Source: an uncultured Fibrobacterota bacterium
GTDB taxonomy: Bacteria > Fibrobacterota > Chitinivibrionia > Chitinivibrionales > FEN-1185
Length of the DNA stretch: 64,000 nucleotides
NCBI GenBank assembly: GCA_963729895.1
Contig: CAVSQB010000009.1
Span: forward strand, 96,001 to 160,000
Reading direction: 5' to 3'
This document shows, one piece after another, positions 1-12,363 of the stretch. Position 1 is the first letter of the stretch, and every line of letters starts with the position of its first letter. The position numbers were made by a program, and so were the translations under genes. The notes beneath the pieces are model-generated. The model saw only the letters and a program-made list of their open reading frames with translations, ran no database searches and was not told where the DNA came from.

Positions 1-565
1 CGAGCACCCGCTCGAAATTCATGTGGGTCATCATATCTGCGGTAAATTCTTCCGCAACGATTATCCTGTTGGCGCCCTGATGGCAATCCTCCTGGCCTTC
101 GCACAAGAAGCCGGGTTTTTCTATCTTGAGATTGTCGAGAAGCCTGCGGCGTATTTCGCGGATGTCGGACCCCCGCTCGCGCAGGTGCGGGTTGTCCATC
201 GCCTTGAATTTCTCCTCAAAGGCGCGGTACACATCGAAGATCACCGCCTCAACGTTCCTCTTTCTGCTCCGGATGCCTTCACGTATCTGCCGTACAATTG
301 CTTCGTCGTTCATGATGTGTTTCTGCGCTGTAAAGATCTCGGACTCCACGTTGCCGATTTTGTCGGCAATTCGCTCCGAGATTGCTTCGAGCTCCTGCGA
401 GCTTTGCCTGAGAGCGCGCTCGAACCGCAGCACTTCCGCCTCGATCATCGAATCGGCGATATCGTACTCGTCTACCGATTTGTGAAGATTCGACGAATAC
501 AGGCACGCCGGCGCAAGGACCTTGCCGGAATTGATCGCGAGCCCTTCGAATTCTTTCATAGCCAT
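1..565 (-). CDS. ptsI: PTS enzyme I (PEP-protein phosphotransferase), N-terminal part; runs off the window start
   Basis: Not in the ORF track. Manual translation from ATG at 565 gives MAMKEFEGLAINSGKVLAPA...EVLRFERAL...IFTAQKHIMNDE...MDNPHLRERGSDIREIRRRLL...IIVAEEFTAD, the EI N-terminal HPr-binding domain pattern. Confidence 0.85.
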   Translation of the reverse strand, partial: MAMKEFEGLAINSGKVLAPACLYSSNLHKSVDEYDIADSMIEAEVLRFERALRQSSQELEAISERIADKIGNVESEIFTAQKHIMNDEAIVRQIREGIRSRKRNVEAVIFDVYRAFEEKFKAMDNPHLRERGSDIREIRRRLLDNLKIEKPGFLCEGQEDCHQGANRIIVAEEFTADMMTHMNFERVL

Positions 566-571
566 GGTTCC

Positions 572-1378
572 TCAGGCGGCCTTCGCCACGTTCCTAAAAT
601 CAATCATGCCGGTCCTGCAGAGCGAAAAATCGCAGCGGACGGGGTCGTCGGGGTACAGGCCCCGCATCACGCGGGTGATATCTTCCGCCATCTCCCAGTC
701 AACGGATTTCCTGCGGGTAATTCCCATGCTTCCGGCGAGGGCGGCCACATGCGTGTCGACGGGCATTATAAGCTTTGACGCCGGGACCCGCGTCCATTCT
801 CCCAAATCAATCCCGTCATCCTTTCGTACCATCCACCTGAGAAACATGTTCAGCCGCTTGCACGTGCTGCCCCGGCTTGGTTGCGGAAGGAGAAACTCAA
901 ACGACGACGACGGCTTTTCTCCGGCGTCGAACGCCATCCTGCGCAAAGAAACGACGAAGCTTTCCAGAGCATGTTTAATTGTCGAATCGGAATCTTTGTA
1001 TCCGGAGCAAAAAAGTGCCTCAAGTGAAGCCTGCCGCCTGATGGCCAGTCCGGCGCATTCCAGTACAATCGCAACGTCGCGGCCGGTGTTGAAACGGTGT
1101 TTTACGTGACCAAGTCGCTCGATCTTCTTTCCAAGCGGTACGGTGGTGCAAAAACGCACCAGATCGGTCTCGGTGATTTCGAAAATTCTCTGCAGAGTCT
1201 TTCTGATCTGTTCGACCCTGCCATAGGCCAAGACCGAGCAGACAAGCCCGGCAATTTCCCTGTTTTCCTTTCCGTGCATTCCACGGACATATTCAAGAGG
1301 ATCGTACCGAAGATAAAAGGGGTGATGATACTCTCCGTACAACGCGTCGAGCGTTTTCTTCAGGGTCGGTTTGTTCAT
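572..1378 (-). CDS. TIGR02757/DUF2400-family protein (HhH-GPD-like)
   Basis: DPLEYV, LAYGRV, STCKRLNMFLRWMVRKD.IDLG.W, LIMPVDTHV and DPVRCDFSL motifs; start taken at MNKPTL. Confidence 0.88.
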   Translation of the reverse strand: MNKPTLKKTLDALYGEYHHPFYLRYDPLEYVRGMHGKENREIAGLVCSVLAYGRVEQIRKTLQRIFEITETDLVRFCTTVPLGKKIERLGHVKHRFNTGRDVAIVLECAGLAIRRQASLEALFCSGYKDSDSTIKHALESFVVSLRRMAFDAGEKPSSSFEFLLPQPSRGSTCKRLNMFLRWMVRKDDGIDLGEWTRVPASKLIMPVDTHVAALAGSMGITRRKSVDWEMAEDITRVMRGLYPDDPVRCDFSLCRTGMIDFRNVAKAA

Positions 1379-1671
1379 AGTTTTCCTGCCCCAAAAAATA
1401 CATTTTTCTCCGCTTAGCCGTCCCGTCACTAGAACTACGAGTTAATGATTGATAAATTAAGATGATCCATAAATAATGTTTATAGGCGAAACCAAGCCGC
1501 AAGGGCGAATGCACGGAAGGCAAAGCAGGCGTATCACGTGGCCTTCTAGGGTTGCGCCCGCGTGCACCACGAATCATCGTTTGCGGATAGGTTCCAGGCT
1601 TGGGATTGAATCAGACGCAGGATGCAAGGACGTATATAACGTGATTCCAGGTTGCAGGCTACAGGTTGGGA

Positions 1672-1710
1672 AAAAGACAAAAATTCGGTTTACCCCTTTC
1701 GGCCGAACTT
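1672..1710 (-). terminator. Possible intrinsic terminator after the aminopeptidase gene
   Basis: On the minus strand an aagttcgg...ccgaattt hairpin is followed by ttgtcttttt. Confidence 0.4.
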
Positions 1711-1730
1711 GTAACCCCTTTGCTTTAGGC

Positions 1731-3873
<2,143 letters not shown>

Positions 3874-4032
3874 CTATCTCTCACCAAAAGGACGTAGTTG
3901 TTGAAAACGCGGATATTTTCAGGTATCTTTAGTGCATACCAAAGCAGCGCAGGAATCGATACCGGCCATGCCCACCGGAGTCGCGGATAACAACCGCGTA
4001 ACCTTTTCAGGTACTAAAATACGTTTCCACAC

Positions 4033-5940
4033 ATGAACCTCATACAATCCATTAATAGCCCGGACGATTTGCGAAAACTTCCCGTTGACAAGCTACCTGC
4101 CGTTGCTGAAGAACTCCGCGTCTTCATGCTCGAACATGTGAGCCAGAGCGGCGGGCACCTCGCGTCGAGCCTCGGCGCGGTGGAAATAGCCGTGGCCCTG
4201 CACTACTGTTTCAACACGCCCCAAGACAAACTGGTGTGGGACGTCGGACATCAGGCGTACGCCCACAAAATCCTTACGGGCAGAAGGGATCAGTTCAAGA
4301 ACCTGCGGCAATTCGGCGGAATCAGCGGATTTCCAAGGATCTCGGAAAGCAAATACGATGCCGCAAGCGTCGGGCACGCGTCCACGTCGATTTCGGCCGC
4401 GCTCGGGCTTGCCATCGGCCGCGACATGAAAAAGGAAAAACACGCCGTGGTGGCGATAATCGGCGACGGGTCTCTGACGGGCGGGCTTTCTTTTGAAGGA
4501 TTGAATAACCTGGGCAGTCTTTCCACCAACATGATCATCGTCGTCAACGACAACAAGATGTCGATCTCCGAGAATGTCGGCGCGCTGTCCCGCTATCTCA
4601 CGCGAGTGATCACCGACAAACGGTATAAAAAACTCAAGGATGAAGTGTGGGAGCTCACGGGCCGGCTTGCCACGTTCGGCAGCCGGATCCAGAACCTGAT
4701 TCACAATATCGACGAAACCGTCAAGCACTTCGTGATCCCGGGCAAATACTTCGAAGACATGGGCATCCGGTATTTCGGGCCGGTTGACGGACACAATATT
4801 GCCGAGCTGGTGGAGATCTTTCGATTCGTCAAGGAACACACCGTGGGGCCGGTTCTGGTGCATGCGATCACGACGAAAGGCAAAGGCTACAACTTCGCGG
4901 AAAACGACGCGACAAAATACCACGGCATTTCGAAGTTTTCCCTTGACACGGGCGATGTCGTCTGCGCTCCCACCTCGAAGCCCACCTACAGCCAAGTGCT
5001 CGGAAGAACGCTTGTGGACATCGGCGCAACGCGCAGCGACGTCGTGGCGATTACGGCCGCCATGCCGGACGGCACCGGGCTTTCGGCGTTTCGCGACGCA
5101 TTTCCCGGCCGCTTCTTCGACGTAGGCATTGCCGAAGCGCACGCCGTTACCTTTGCCGCAGGCCTTGCGCTTTGCGGACTCAAGCCGGTGGTGGCATTGT
5201 ATTCAACCTTTCTCCAGCGCGCCTTTGATCAGATCGTGCATGATGTCGCGCTCGACAATCTTAACGTCACCTTCTGCGTCGATCGCGCCGGCCTTGTGGG
5301 CGAGGACGGCCCCACGCATCACGGCGTGCTCGATTTATCGTTTGTGAGAAGCGTCCCCGGCGCCCTCATCATGGCGCCGTGCAGCGGCAGCGAGTTTCGC
5401 CGAATGCTGTATACCGCAATGGCATACGACAAGGGACCGGTGTTCATACGCTACTGCCGCGGGTGCGTTCCCGAGGAGGCTCTCGGCCCCGATATCTCGC
5501 CGCTTGCCATCCCGGAGCCGGAGCTTGTGAGAAACGGCTCAACGTGCGCCCTCGTGTGCATCGGGGACGTCGTGACGACCGGATTGGCCGCATGCGCTAT
5601 TCTTGACAAGCAAGGAATACGTCCTACGGTGGTCAATGCACGTTTTGTAAAGCCCTTGTCGCTCGAATTCTATCAAAGGCTTTTTTCCTCGTACTCGCAT
5701 ATCGTGACGCTGGAAAGCAATTCGTTGGCGGGCGGGTTCGGGTCGGCCGTGCTCGAGCTGGCTCCCGCGCTTTCCGGCACCCCCCCGCCCAAGTTCCTGA
5801 GGCTCGGTTACCCCGACTGTTTCCTTGGCCACGGGAGCAATGCCCGCATTCTCGAAAAGATCAAGCTCGATTCGTCGTCCATAGCGTCTCAGATTGCCGC
5901 TTTCGTTGACGGCCGGACCAGCACCGGCGTTTCGGGGTGA
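4033..5940 (+). CDS. dxs: 1-deoxy-D-xylulose-5-phosphate synthase
   Basis: GGHLASSLG, WDVGHQAY, GHASTSIS, IGDGSLTGG, DVGIAEAHAV, YSTFLQRAFDQ, GEDGPTHHG. Confidence 0.97.
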   Translation: MNLIQSINSPDDLRKLPVDKLPAVAEELRVFMLEHVSQSGGHLASSLGAVEIAVALHYCFNTPQDKLVWDVGHQAYAHKILTGRRDQFKNLRQFGGISGFPRISESKYDAASVGHASTSISAALGLAIGRDMKKEKHAVVAIIGDGSLTGGLSFEGLNNLGSLSTNMIIVVNDNKMSISENVGALSRYLTRVITDKRYKKLKDEVWELTGRLATFGSRIQNLIHNIDETVKHFVIPGKYFEDMGIRYFGPVDGHNIAELVEIFRFVKEHTVGPVLVHAITTKGKGYNFAENDATKYHGISKFSLDTGDVVCAPTSKPTYSQVLGRTLVDIGATRSDVVAITAAMPDGTGLSAFRDAFPGRFFDVGIAEAHAVTFAAGLALCGLKPVVALYSTFLQRAFDQIVHDVALDNLNVTFCVDRAGLVGEDGPTHHGVLDLSFVRSVPGALIMAPCSGSEFRRMLYTAMAYDKGPVFIRYCRGCVPEEALGPDISPLAIPEPELVRNGSTCALVCIGDVVTTGLAACAILDKQGIRPTVVNARFVKPLSLEFYQRLFSSYSHIVTLESNSLAGGFGSAVLELAPALSGTPPPKFLRLGYPDCFLGHGSNARILEKIKLDSSSIASQIAAFVDGRTSTGVSG

Positions 5941-6022
5941 GCCGCATTTCCTCCTGCGCCGACACAGCCTCCGAGCATGATTCCCTCCGCGCCTTTAAGG
6001 CAAGAAATGGGCCATGCTTTGA

Positions 6023-6030
6023 TATATTTT
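6023..6030 (+). promoter_or_regulatory. Putative -10 element 7 nt before the ispE ATG (leaderless-type)
   Basis: gaTATATTTTtagtgtcATG with no Shine-Dalgarno sequence. Confidence 0.4.
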
Positions 6031-6037
6031 TAGTGTC

Positions 6038-6931
6038 ATGAATACGGTTACGGCCAGGTCTTACACCCGCATTACCCTGGCCCTCGATATTGTCGGAAAG
6101 CTGGAAAGCGGACCCTTTGCCGGCTATCACGAACTCGCCACCGTCAAACACAAAATAGACCTGCACGACACGCTTACCGTCGAAGAATCGGACGAAATGC
6201 GAATTGCCTGCAACAATCCTTTGGTACCCACAAATGCGTCAAACATTTGCTGGAAAGCGGTGGACCTGGTTAAGAAAGAATTCGGCATTGGTCGCAATGT
6301 GGCAATCTCCATTGAAAAGAATATCCCTGTGCAGGGCGGACTGGCGGGCGGCAGCGCGAACGCCGCGACAATGTTTATGATTTTGCGGGACCTGTGGAAC
6401 CTGGACATCAGCGACAAAAGACTGGTCGAGCTGGCCCGGCGCGCAGGCATGGACGTGCCTTTTTATTTCTCGGGCGGCACAGCCTTTGATACCGAGGCGG
6501 GCGGCACGCTCACGCCGATCTCAACGGACCTGCGCTTCGACGCCATACTGGTGGTGCCGGATTTCGGCGTGTCGACATCGGAGGCTTATCGCGGCCTTGA
6601 CTACACCCGCACCGCCGGCAGCAGAGTTAAAACGCTTGCCATGAGGGAATCCTTTCTCGCCAACGATCGCGCCGGCGTGCTGGCGGCCTTGCACAACGAT
6701 TTTGAGCTCTCGGTTTTTGCCCGATATCCCCGGTTGCGGGAAATCAAGGAGCGCCTGCTCGATGCCGGTTGTGCCGGCGCCGTCATGAGCGGCTCGGGAT
6801 CAACCGTGCTCGGCATTCTCAAAACTTCGGGAGACTTCAGAGAAATACAGCGCAAAGTAGGACTCAAATCAATGCTTGTTTCGTCCTGTCCGGAATCGAG
6901 CGGTTCTTTTTCGCAGGAGGGATTGGTATGA
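6038..6931 (+). CDS. ispE: 4-diphosphocytidyl-2-C-methyl-D-erythritol kinase
   Basis: GYHEL, IEKNIPVQGGLAGGSANAA (GHMP motif), GMDVPF, HNDFE, MSGSGSTV. Confidence 0.93.
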   Translation: MNTVTARSYTRITLALDIVGKLESGPFAGYHELATVKHKIDLHDTLTVEESDEMRIACNNPLVPTNASNICWKAVDLVKKEFGIGRNVAISIEKNIPVQGGLAGGSANAATMFMILRDLWNLDISDKRLVELARRAGMDVPFYFSGGTAFDTEAGGTLTPISTDLRFDAILVVPDFGVSTSEAYRGLDYTRTAGSRVKTLAMRESFLANDRAGVLAALHNDFELSVFARYPRLREIKERLLDAGCAGAVMSGSGSTVLGILKTSGDFREIQRKVGLKSMLVSSCPESSGSFSQEGLV

Positions 6932-7161
6932 ACCAAAAAGCGCCGGACCAGCGTACAGCGACTTTTCGCTGGCATTCCAAACAGGAGCTTTGCGACTACT
7001 TCAACATTCATTACGGCTTCAGCAGGAAACTCGTTGAAGCCGAAATTGCCGAGGTGATGAAATTATTCAGGGTGCGGAAAGGCCAGACAATCAAAATGCC
7101 CGAGTTGTGGCAGAAAGTTGGTCTTCACTTGGAAAAGAAAATAAAGGAACTCGATCTGTAA
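6928..7161 (+). CDS. Small hypothetical protein (77 aa)
   Basis: ATGA overlap with the ispE stop and GGAGG upstream; MNQKAPDQRT...KELDL. Confidence 0.65.
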   Translation: MNQKAPDQRTATFRWHSKQELCDYFNIHYGFSRKLVEAEIAEVMKLFRVRKGQTIKMPELWQKVGLHLEKKIKELDL

Positions 7162-7167
7162 ATGAAA

Positions 7168-7668
7168 CTAGTGTCCGCCGCCCGATGTTCCGAGCATCCC
7201 CGCCGCTCCCCTATTGACGGGTAAGTAATAGAACGGAGAATTATAGTCGGAGCAATAACTCTCGGGGACGTGCTGGAAGCTGAGCATGAAGAACATGTTG
7301 TCGGCGGCCTTCCATGCCAGCGAAACGTCGACCGGCATGTTCCTGAAGTATTCCGCGGAAGCAATGTTCTGGGCGTTTAGGTTCTGCCCCGCCGAAAACG
7401 TGGAGAACAGGGGAAATCCGAAATCGAGGTTGAGGGTAAGAGGCTGCGAGAACTTGTACGTAAGCATGGTACTGTACAAACCCTGTGATTGCAGGGAGGA
7501 GCCGCCTGCCGAGGCCATGCCGAAACTCATGCTGTTGTGGATTGAAAACCTCGACGGGTCCAAGAACCCGCCCCTGAGCGAATCTCCTGAAGAATTGTAA
7601 GACTGCGCATCCTGCCCGAAAGCAAGTGCTGAACAAAACAGCAGACCCACCACACCTCTTTTTATCAT
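7168..7668 (-). CDS. Hypothetical exported protein
   Basis: Signal peptide MIKRGVVGLLFCSALAFG, strong RBS ggaggag, beta-rich body. Confidence 0.7.
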   Translation of the reverse strand: MIKRGVVGLLFCSALAFGQDAQSYNSSGDSLRGGFLDPSRFSIHNSMSFGMASAGGSSLQSQGLYSTMLTYKFSQPLTLNLDFGFPLFSTFSAGQNLNAQNIASAEYFRNMPVDVSLAWKAADNMFFMLSFQHVPESYCSDYNSPFYYLPVNRGAAGMLGTSGGGH

Positions 7669-7745
7669 TGCTCCTCCGTTCCCTTGCCAGAAATTACGGA
7701 AAAGATGATTTCTTATTGACCGGCGGTTTGTGAATATAAACTACT

Positions 7746-8015
7746 TCATGAGAAAGGGCCCTCGCCCTTCCAGAACGGTTTGCGCCTGCGGCTGGGCCTC
7801 CAGATAAACCGGCAGGCCGTACATTTTACACGCCTGTGTCCTTTGAGGGTGCGAACCGGAGAAAAGAAAAACGGGTCGTAGTATTCCACGGCAAGGCTCT
7901 GACATTTGGGACACTTGATGCGCGGAGGGTTCCAGAATGAATTCCACAGTTCCCCGAAGAAGGACTGGTATTCCTGTCTGACGTTCGAACGGCTGCTGCT
8001 GCGATGCGTTGTCAT
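7746..8015 (-). CDS. Small zinc-ribbon protein
   Basis: CPKC...CTAC pair; start at MTTHRS; co-oriented downstream of dgt. Confidence 0.65.
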   Translation of the reverse strand: MTTHRSSSRSNVRQEYQSFFGELWNSFWNPPRIKCPKCQSLAVEYYDPFFFSPVRTLKGHRRVKCTACRFIWRPSRRRKPFWKGEGPFS

Positions 8016-8064
8016 TGATGAAGCCTTGATTCGTTTCCCGGAACCATTCCGCCTCCGCGGCAGC

Positions 8065-9231
8065 TCAAATGACCGGCGTCGGGACAAAAAGTTGGATGTA
8101 CGTTCGTTCCGCAAAATGGTCGGTCATTCCGGCAATATAGTCCGCCGCAATACGCCACGACGGCGTTTCTTCGTTGTAATTGGTGTTCTTGATAAAATGG
8201 AAGAATACCTGCATGCTCGGCGCTTCCCGCTCAATCGCGTGAAGGGCGGCTGTGTCTTTGCCGCGGTCCGACTTTGTGAGAATCGCCAGAAGCTCCTCGA
8301 ACAGAAGGGTGATGACGTGTCCCGATTTCTTAGCCTTGCCTTCCACGTCCGGGTGATTGTATATGCATTCGTAATTGAAAGCCTTGAGTCTTTCCATGTG
8401 CTCAAGTACATCCTTACTCATGACGATGGCGTCCTTGTCGATGCTGTTGGCGATGATGTCGTTGACAAACCGGCCGATGATCGACCCGTTGTCGGTGCCG
8501 AGCTCCCGGGCAACGGGCGCCGGGATATCCGTTTTCCGGATGATGCCGGCCTTGATGCCGTCCTCGAGGTCGCGGCCCAGATAGGCGATACGGTCCACCA
8601 TCCGCACCAGGCAGCCTTCGAGTGTGGAAGGCAGGCGGGTGCGTCCTGAAATCTCTTCCAGCTTCGTGAGGTCGCGCGCGCGATCCGGCTCGAGAATTCG
8701 GTCGAAGCTTTCCCCGCAATGCGTGATGATGCCGTCGCGTACCTCGTAGGTGAGGTTGAGGCCGGCGCCATAATTGGTGAGCTTGTCCACCACGCGCAGC
8801 CCGTGCAGTTCGTGCATGAACCCGCCCGAAACGCCGTGAGCTTTCAGCAAGGTGTCGAGAACCCGCTCGCCTGCGTGGCCGAACGGCGGGTGACCAAGGT
8901 CGTGCGCCTTGGCAATGGCATTGATGAGGTCTATGTTGAGGTTGAGACACCGGCCGATGACATAGGCTATGCTGGAAACATGCAGCACATGCTCCATGCG
9001 CGTGCAGATGTGATCGTTGTCGGGCGACAGAAAAACCTGGGTCTTGTGCTTGAGCCTTCGAAACGGAGGGCTGTGAAGGATCCTTGTTTCGTCGCGGGAG
9101 AATTCAAGGCGGAACGGGTCCCGTTTCATGGGAAACTTTCTTCCCATCGACTCGCCGCTCTTCTTTGCAAAAGGGGAAAGCGTCTTCTCGTTGTCACTGA
9201 GGATCTTTATTATGTCGAATTCGGTTTTCAT
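8065..9231 (-). CDS. dgt: HD-domain dGTP triphosphohydrolase
   Basis: RDETRILHS.PFRRLKHKTQVF, TRMEH, AHDLGHPPFGHAGE, DRIAY..DLED, ADYIAGMTD. Confidence 0.93.
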   Translation of the reverse strand: MKTEFDIIKILSDNEKTLSPFAKKSGESMGRKFPMKRDPFRLEFSRDETRILHSPPFRRLKHKTQVFLSPDNDHICTRMEHVLHVSSIAYVIGRCLNLNIDLINAIAKAHDLGHPPFGHAGERVLDTLLKAHGVSGGFMHELHGLRVVDKLTNYGAGLNLTYEVRDGIITHCGESFDRILEPDRARDLTKLEEISGRTRLPSTLEGCLVRMVDRIAYLGRDLEDGIKAGIIRKTDIPAPVARELGTDNGSIIGRFVNDIIANSIDKDAIVMSKDVLEHMERLKAFNYECIYNHPDVEGKAKKSGHVITLLFEELLAILTKSDRGKDTAALHAIEREAPSMQVFFHFIKNTNYNEETPSWRIAADYIAGMTDHFAERTYIQLFVPTPVI

Positions 9232-9255
9232 GCGAGAATAAGAATACCAGAAGGC

Positions 9256-10140
9256 CTAGTAAAACCCGTCGATTCCCACGGCAACCAATTTGTCCTTGTT
9301 CTGGCGCGGGGGCAACTGGTCGACAACCACCCAGTTGACAAAAAGGTCAAGCCCGAATTTTCCTTGCGTTGCGAGCAGTTCGGCGCGCAGCTGCTGATTC
9401 CACAAGGTTTGGTTTGTCCGGGTGATATACGCGCCCGTTCTTGCGTCCACAATCGCGGCGATCCCCTTGAACCGGTACACGGCGCACTTGACCTCGCCCG
9501 TGAGATCAACCATATAGGTCTGATTCCAGCCTACTATCGAAGTGTCCACGCCGAAAAAGTCATGCAGGGTGTAGGCAATCCCCGCCTGCCACGCGAGCCT
9601 GTTCTTCCACGAAAGCTCCCTGCCTTCGGCGACTGCTTCCTTAAACGCCCCGGGCCTGAATTGCGGCGACGATGCGCTGAGCGCGACCTTGTTCCAATAC
9701 ACGGGCCCCAAGGGCCCTGAGTCCAGGGTGTCGATTTCGTGAAAGCAGTGATGGTCGAGCCCAACGTCAAGATTCACTGGTGCAAACCGGTATTCGAACA
9801 AGGGGCCGAATCCGATATCCATTTGATTGGGATCGAACAAGATTGCTTTGTTGGGCCATCGTCCCAGCCCGACCGTTGCCTCCATCTCCCCGAAGAAGAA
9901 GAACCGGTTGTCGTATGAAAGAAATGCCAGTTCGGCCGAGCTGTTCCATTCAAGAAAGTATCTTTGCCTGAAAACCGAATCTTCCTGATTGAAGAACATG
10001 TGCAGATCTTCATCGAAATGGAATTCCGGGGCGAATGAAAAACCTTTTGACTTTGAATCACCGGCCGGACAGGCAGCGCCGAAACAAATTGGGGCAGCCA
10101 TCATCAGCACCGAGACGATGATCGGCATGTGTCGGGACAA
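9256..10140 (-). CDS. Hypothetical exported protein, possible outer-membrane beta-barrel
   Basis: Signal peptide, alternating aromatic beta strands, C-terminal ...VGIDGFY. Confidence 0.55.
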   Translation of the reverse strand: MSRHMPIIVSVLMMAAPICFGAACPAGDSKSKGFSFAPEFHFDEDLHMFFNQEDSVFRQRYFLEWNSSAELAFLSYDNRFFFFGEMEATVGLGRWPNKAILFDPNQMDIGFGPLFEYRFAPVNLDVGLDHHCFHEIDTLDSGPLGPVYWNKVALSASSPQFRPGAFKEAVAEGRELSWKNRLAWQAGIAYTLHDFFGVDTSIVGWNQTYMVDLTGEVKCAVYRFKGIAAIVDARTGAYITRTNQTLWNQQLRAELLATQGKFGLDLFVNWVVVDQLPPRQNKDKLVAVGIDGFY

Positions 10141-10427
10141 GGCCTCACTCCTGGAGAAAACTTACCCATAGAAACTAATACATGGAGGGCCTGGCTTTGC
10201 GCCGCAACGCTCCGGCGTTCGCTGTTTTTTGGTGCGAATAGTCTCTAAGCCGGGCCATCCCTTATTTATTTTTACAGTTCCCGGAAACCGCTCCAACGCC
10301 GCATATGCGGCTCATAACTTTTGATAATAAATGGGGTTACCGGAGCGTAATGTTCAGATTTCCGGGTATCGACGGTGTACAGGTTCTTTCGACTCGTGAT
10401 GCCATTCGGCGCCTATATTCTATTCTT

Positions 10428-11369
10428 ATGCGTTTTCAATTGAATCTCGGGACCTCATTCATTGCCATCGCCGCGCTGTCGTCTTTCTGCTTCGGGAGCA
10501 TGATTTTCAGCTCGATAAGCCAGGACAGCCTTTACATAGGCTACAGGCTACATTTCGGCGTGACGCTGGTTGTTCCGAAGGCCAGCCAGGTGACGCCGCC
10601 GCCCACGGACAACGGCTTTGGAAAAGCGGTTGTCAAGGAATGGACTTCCGACAAGGTTGAAAAGAGGAGTGCGGACAGCATTGCCTTTCACTACGCAATA
10701 ACCACCTATTCCGCCGAACCCTGCACCATTCCCTCCCTCGATTTCTTCGTGACAAAAGAGAATGCTGCGGAAACGCTCCACACGCAGGCATTCCCGTTGC
10801 ATGTCTTGCTGGTTTCCTCGCCCGACACCGCATCCATCAAGGATCTCAAGCCGCAGCAGAGCGTCGGCAAGCCGTCGCTTTTGTGGCTGTGGCTTCTTCT
10901 CGCCGGTGCGGCTTCCGTTGCCGGGTTCCTCTTTGTTCGCCGGTGCGTGCCAAAACGAGGGCTCGGGACCGTGCGGACGCCTCCCAAACCTCCCTACGAG
11001 GAGGCGATGGAAGCGCTCGACCGCCTTGAGGCAAAGCACTACGTTGCACAAGGCATGATCCGGGAATATGTTTTCGAACTTTCGGAAATTGCAAAGCGAT
11101 ATATCGAGCGGCGCTTCGAGGTGCAGGCAGCGGAGTTCACTACGGAGGAACTACTCGAGTGGGCCAAGCGCTCGCCTCTCCAACCCGCCGAGCGAAAGAC
11201 GGCCGAATGGTTCTTCTCAACCACCGACCCGGTGAAATTCGCAAAGTGGCTGCCCGACAACGATACGGTGTACAGGTTTGGCGCCGACATCCGGACCTTT
11301 GTTGAAAAAACAAGGCCGCAGGCCCCGCAGGAAGCGCAAAAAGTCCAGGGGGGAAGCCATGCATCTTAA
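10428..11369 (+). CDS. Bat-operon membrane protein (DUF4381-like)
   Basis: Ig-like N-terminus, DLKP followed by a TM helix, P.PPYEEA.EALDRL, A.EFTTEE, D.VKFAK; lies directly upstream of batA. Confidence 0.8.
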   Translation: MRFQLNLGTSFIAIAALSSFCFGSMIFSSISQDSLYIGYRLHFGVTLVVPKASQVTPPPTDNGFGKAVVKEWTSDKVEKRSADSIAFHYAITTYSAEPCTIPSLDFFVTKENAAETLHTQAFPLHVLLVSSPDTASIKDLKPQQSVGKPSLLWLWLLLAGAASVAGFLFVRRCVPKRGLGTVRTPPKPPYEEAMEALDRLEAKHYVAQGMIREYVFELSEIAKRYIERRFEVQAAEFTTEELLEWAKRSPLQPAERKTAEWFFSTTDPVKFAKWLPDNDTVYRFGADIRTFVEKTRPQAPQEAQKVQGGSHAS

Positions 11370-12363
11370 GGATCCGTGGTTCCTTCTGCTGTTTCTCTCG
11401 TGGCTTCCCATGGTGTGGATGTATGCTCGCAGGGAAACCAAGCGTCCCGCCGTTCGTTTTTCAGATTTGTCTCTATTGAAGAAATTGCCGACTTCCCGAT
11501 TCGTTCACCTCCGCCATGTGCCGTTTGTGTTGCGGCTCCTTGGCGTGGGCCTGCTGATTGTGGCGCTGGCGCGTCCGCAGAAGGGAACATCCGAGGAGGA
11601 GGTGACCACCGAAGGCGTTGACATCATGCTTGTGCTCGATGTGTCGTTCAGCATGAGGTCGCTCGACTTTCAGCCGAATAACCGGCTGTTTGTGGCAAAG
11701 GAAACCGTCAAAGATTTCATCAAGAAGCGCCGCAACGACCGAATAGGCTTGGTGATCTTTGCAAGACGGGCCTACACCAAATGCCCCCTAACGCTCGATT
11801 ACAACATTCTCACCCAATTCGTGGACCGCATCGACTTTGAAGACTTCGGCGATGCGACTGCAATAGGAACGGCGATTGCAACGGCCGCGAACCGTATCAA
11901 GGACTCCCCTGCAAAAAGCAAGGTGATGATTCTGCTCACCGATGGCGGGAACAATTTTGGCGAAATAGCGCCCCTGGCGGCCGCGAAAGCGGCCGGGGAA
12001 CTCGGCATCAAAATCTATACCATCGGCGTGGGCAGGGAAGGCGTGGTTCCCTATCCGGTCCAGGTGGTGGACCGGTTTACGGGCAAGATCGTTGGCACGC
12101 AGATCCAAAACGTGCAATCGGACCTCGACGAGCAACTGCTTGCCAACATCGCCGATGCGACAGGCGGAAAATTCTTCCGGGCACAGAACGCGGAAAAACT
12201 CAAGGAAATTTACGACACAATAGACAAAATGGAAAAGACCCAGATAAGAACGAAACTGTACACAAGCTATTCCGACCGGTTCTTTGGATGGCTCATTGCA
12301 GGCGGCATCCTGCTCCTCGCAGAAAGCCTTCTTTCGCAAACGTGGTTCCGGAGAATACCATGA
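11359..12363 (+). CDS. batA: BatA VWA-domain protein
   Basis: ALARPQ, MIDAS motif DVSFSM, DRIGLVIF, TAIGTAI, ILLTDG, KIYTIGVG. Confidence 0.9.
   Translation: MHLKDPWFLLLFLSWLPMVWMYARRETKRPAVRFSDLSLLKKLPTSRFVHLRHVPFVLRLLGVGLLIVALARPQKGTSEEEVTTEGVDIMLVLDVSFSMRSLDFQPNNRLFVAKETVKDFIKKRRNDRIGLVIFARRAYTKCPLTLDYNILTQFVDRIDFEDFGDATAIGTAIATAANRIKDSPAKSKVMILLTDGGNNFGEIAPLAAAKAAGELGIKIYTIGVGREGVVPYPVQVVDRFTGKIVGTQIQNVQSDLDEQLLANIADATGGKFFRAQNAEKLKEIYDTIDKMEKTQIRTKLYTSYSDRFFGWLIAGGILLLAESLLSQTWFRRIP

Noticed and set aside
23..778. 251-aa plus-strand ORF
   Set aside because: It is the antisense shadow of ptsI and the TIGR02757 gene, which carry the recognisable motifs
1484..1566. Nested stems (tgcacg/cgtgca, gaaggc/gccttc) loosely resembling a c-di-GMP riboswitch or sRNA
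   Set aside because: The consensus is not matched and the resemblance is on the strand opposite the flanking genes; an Rfam/Infernal scan would be needed
8065..9231. dGTPase as an anti-phage defence gene
   Set aside because: It looks like the short housekeeping type, and there is no defence-island context
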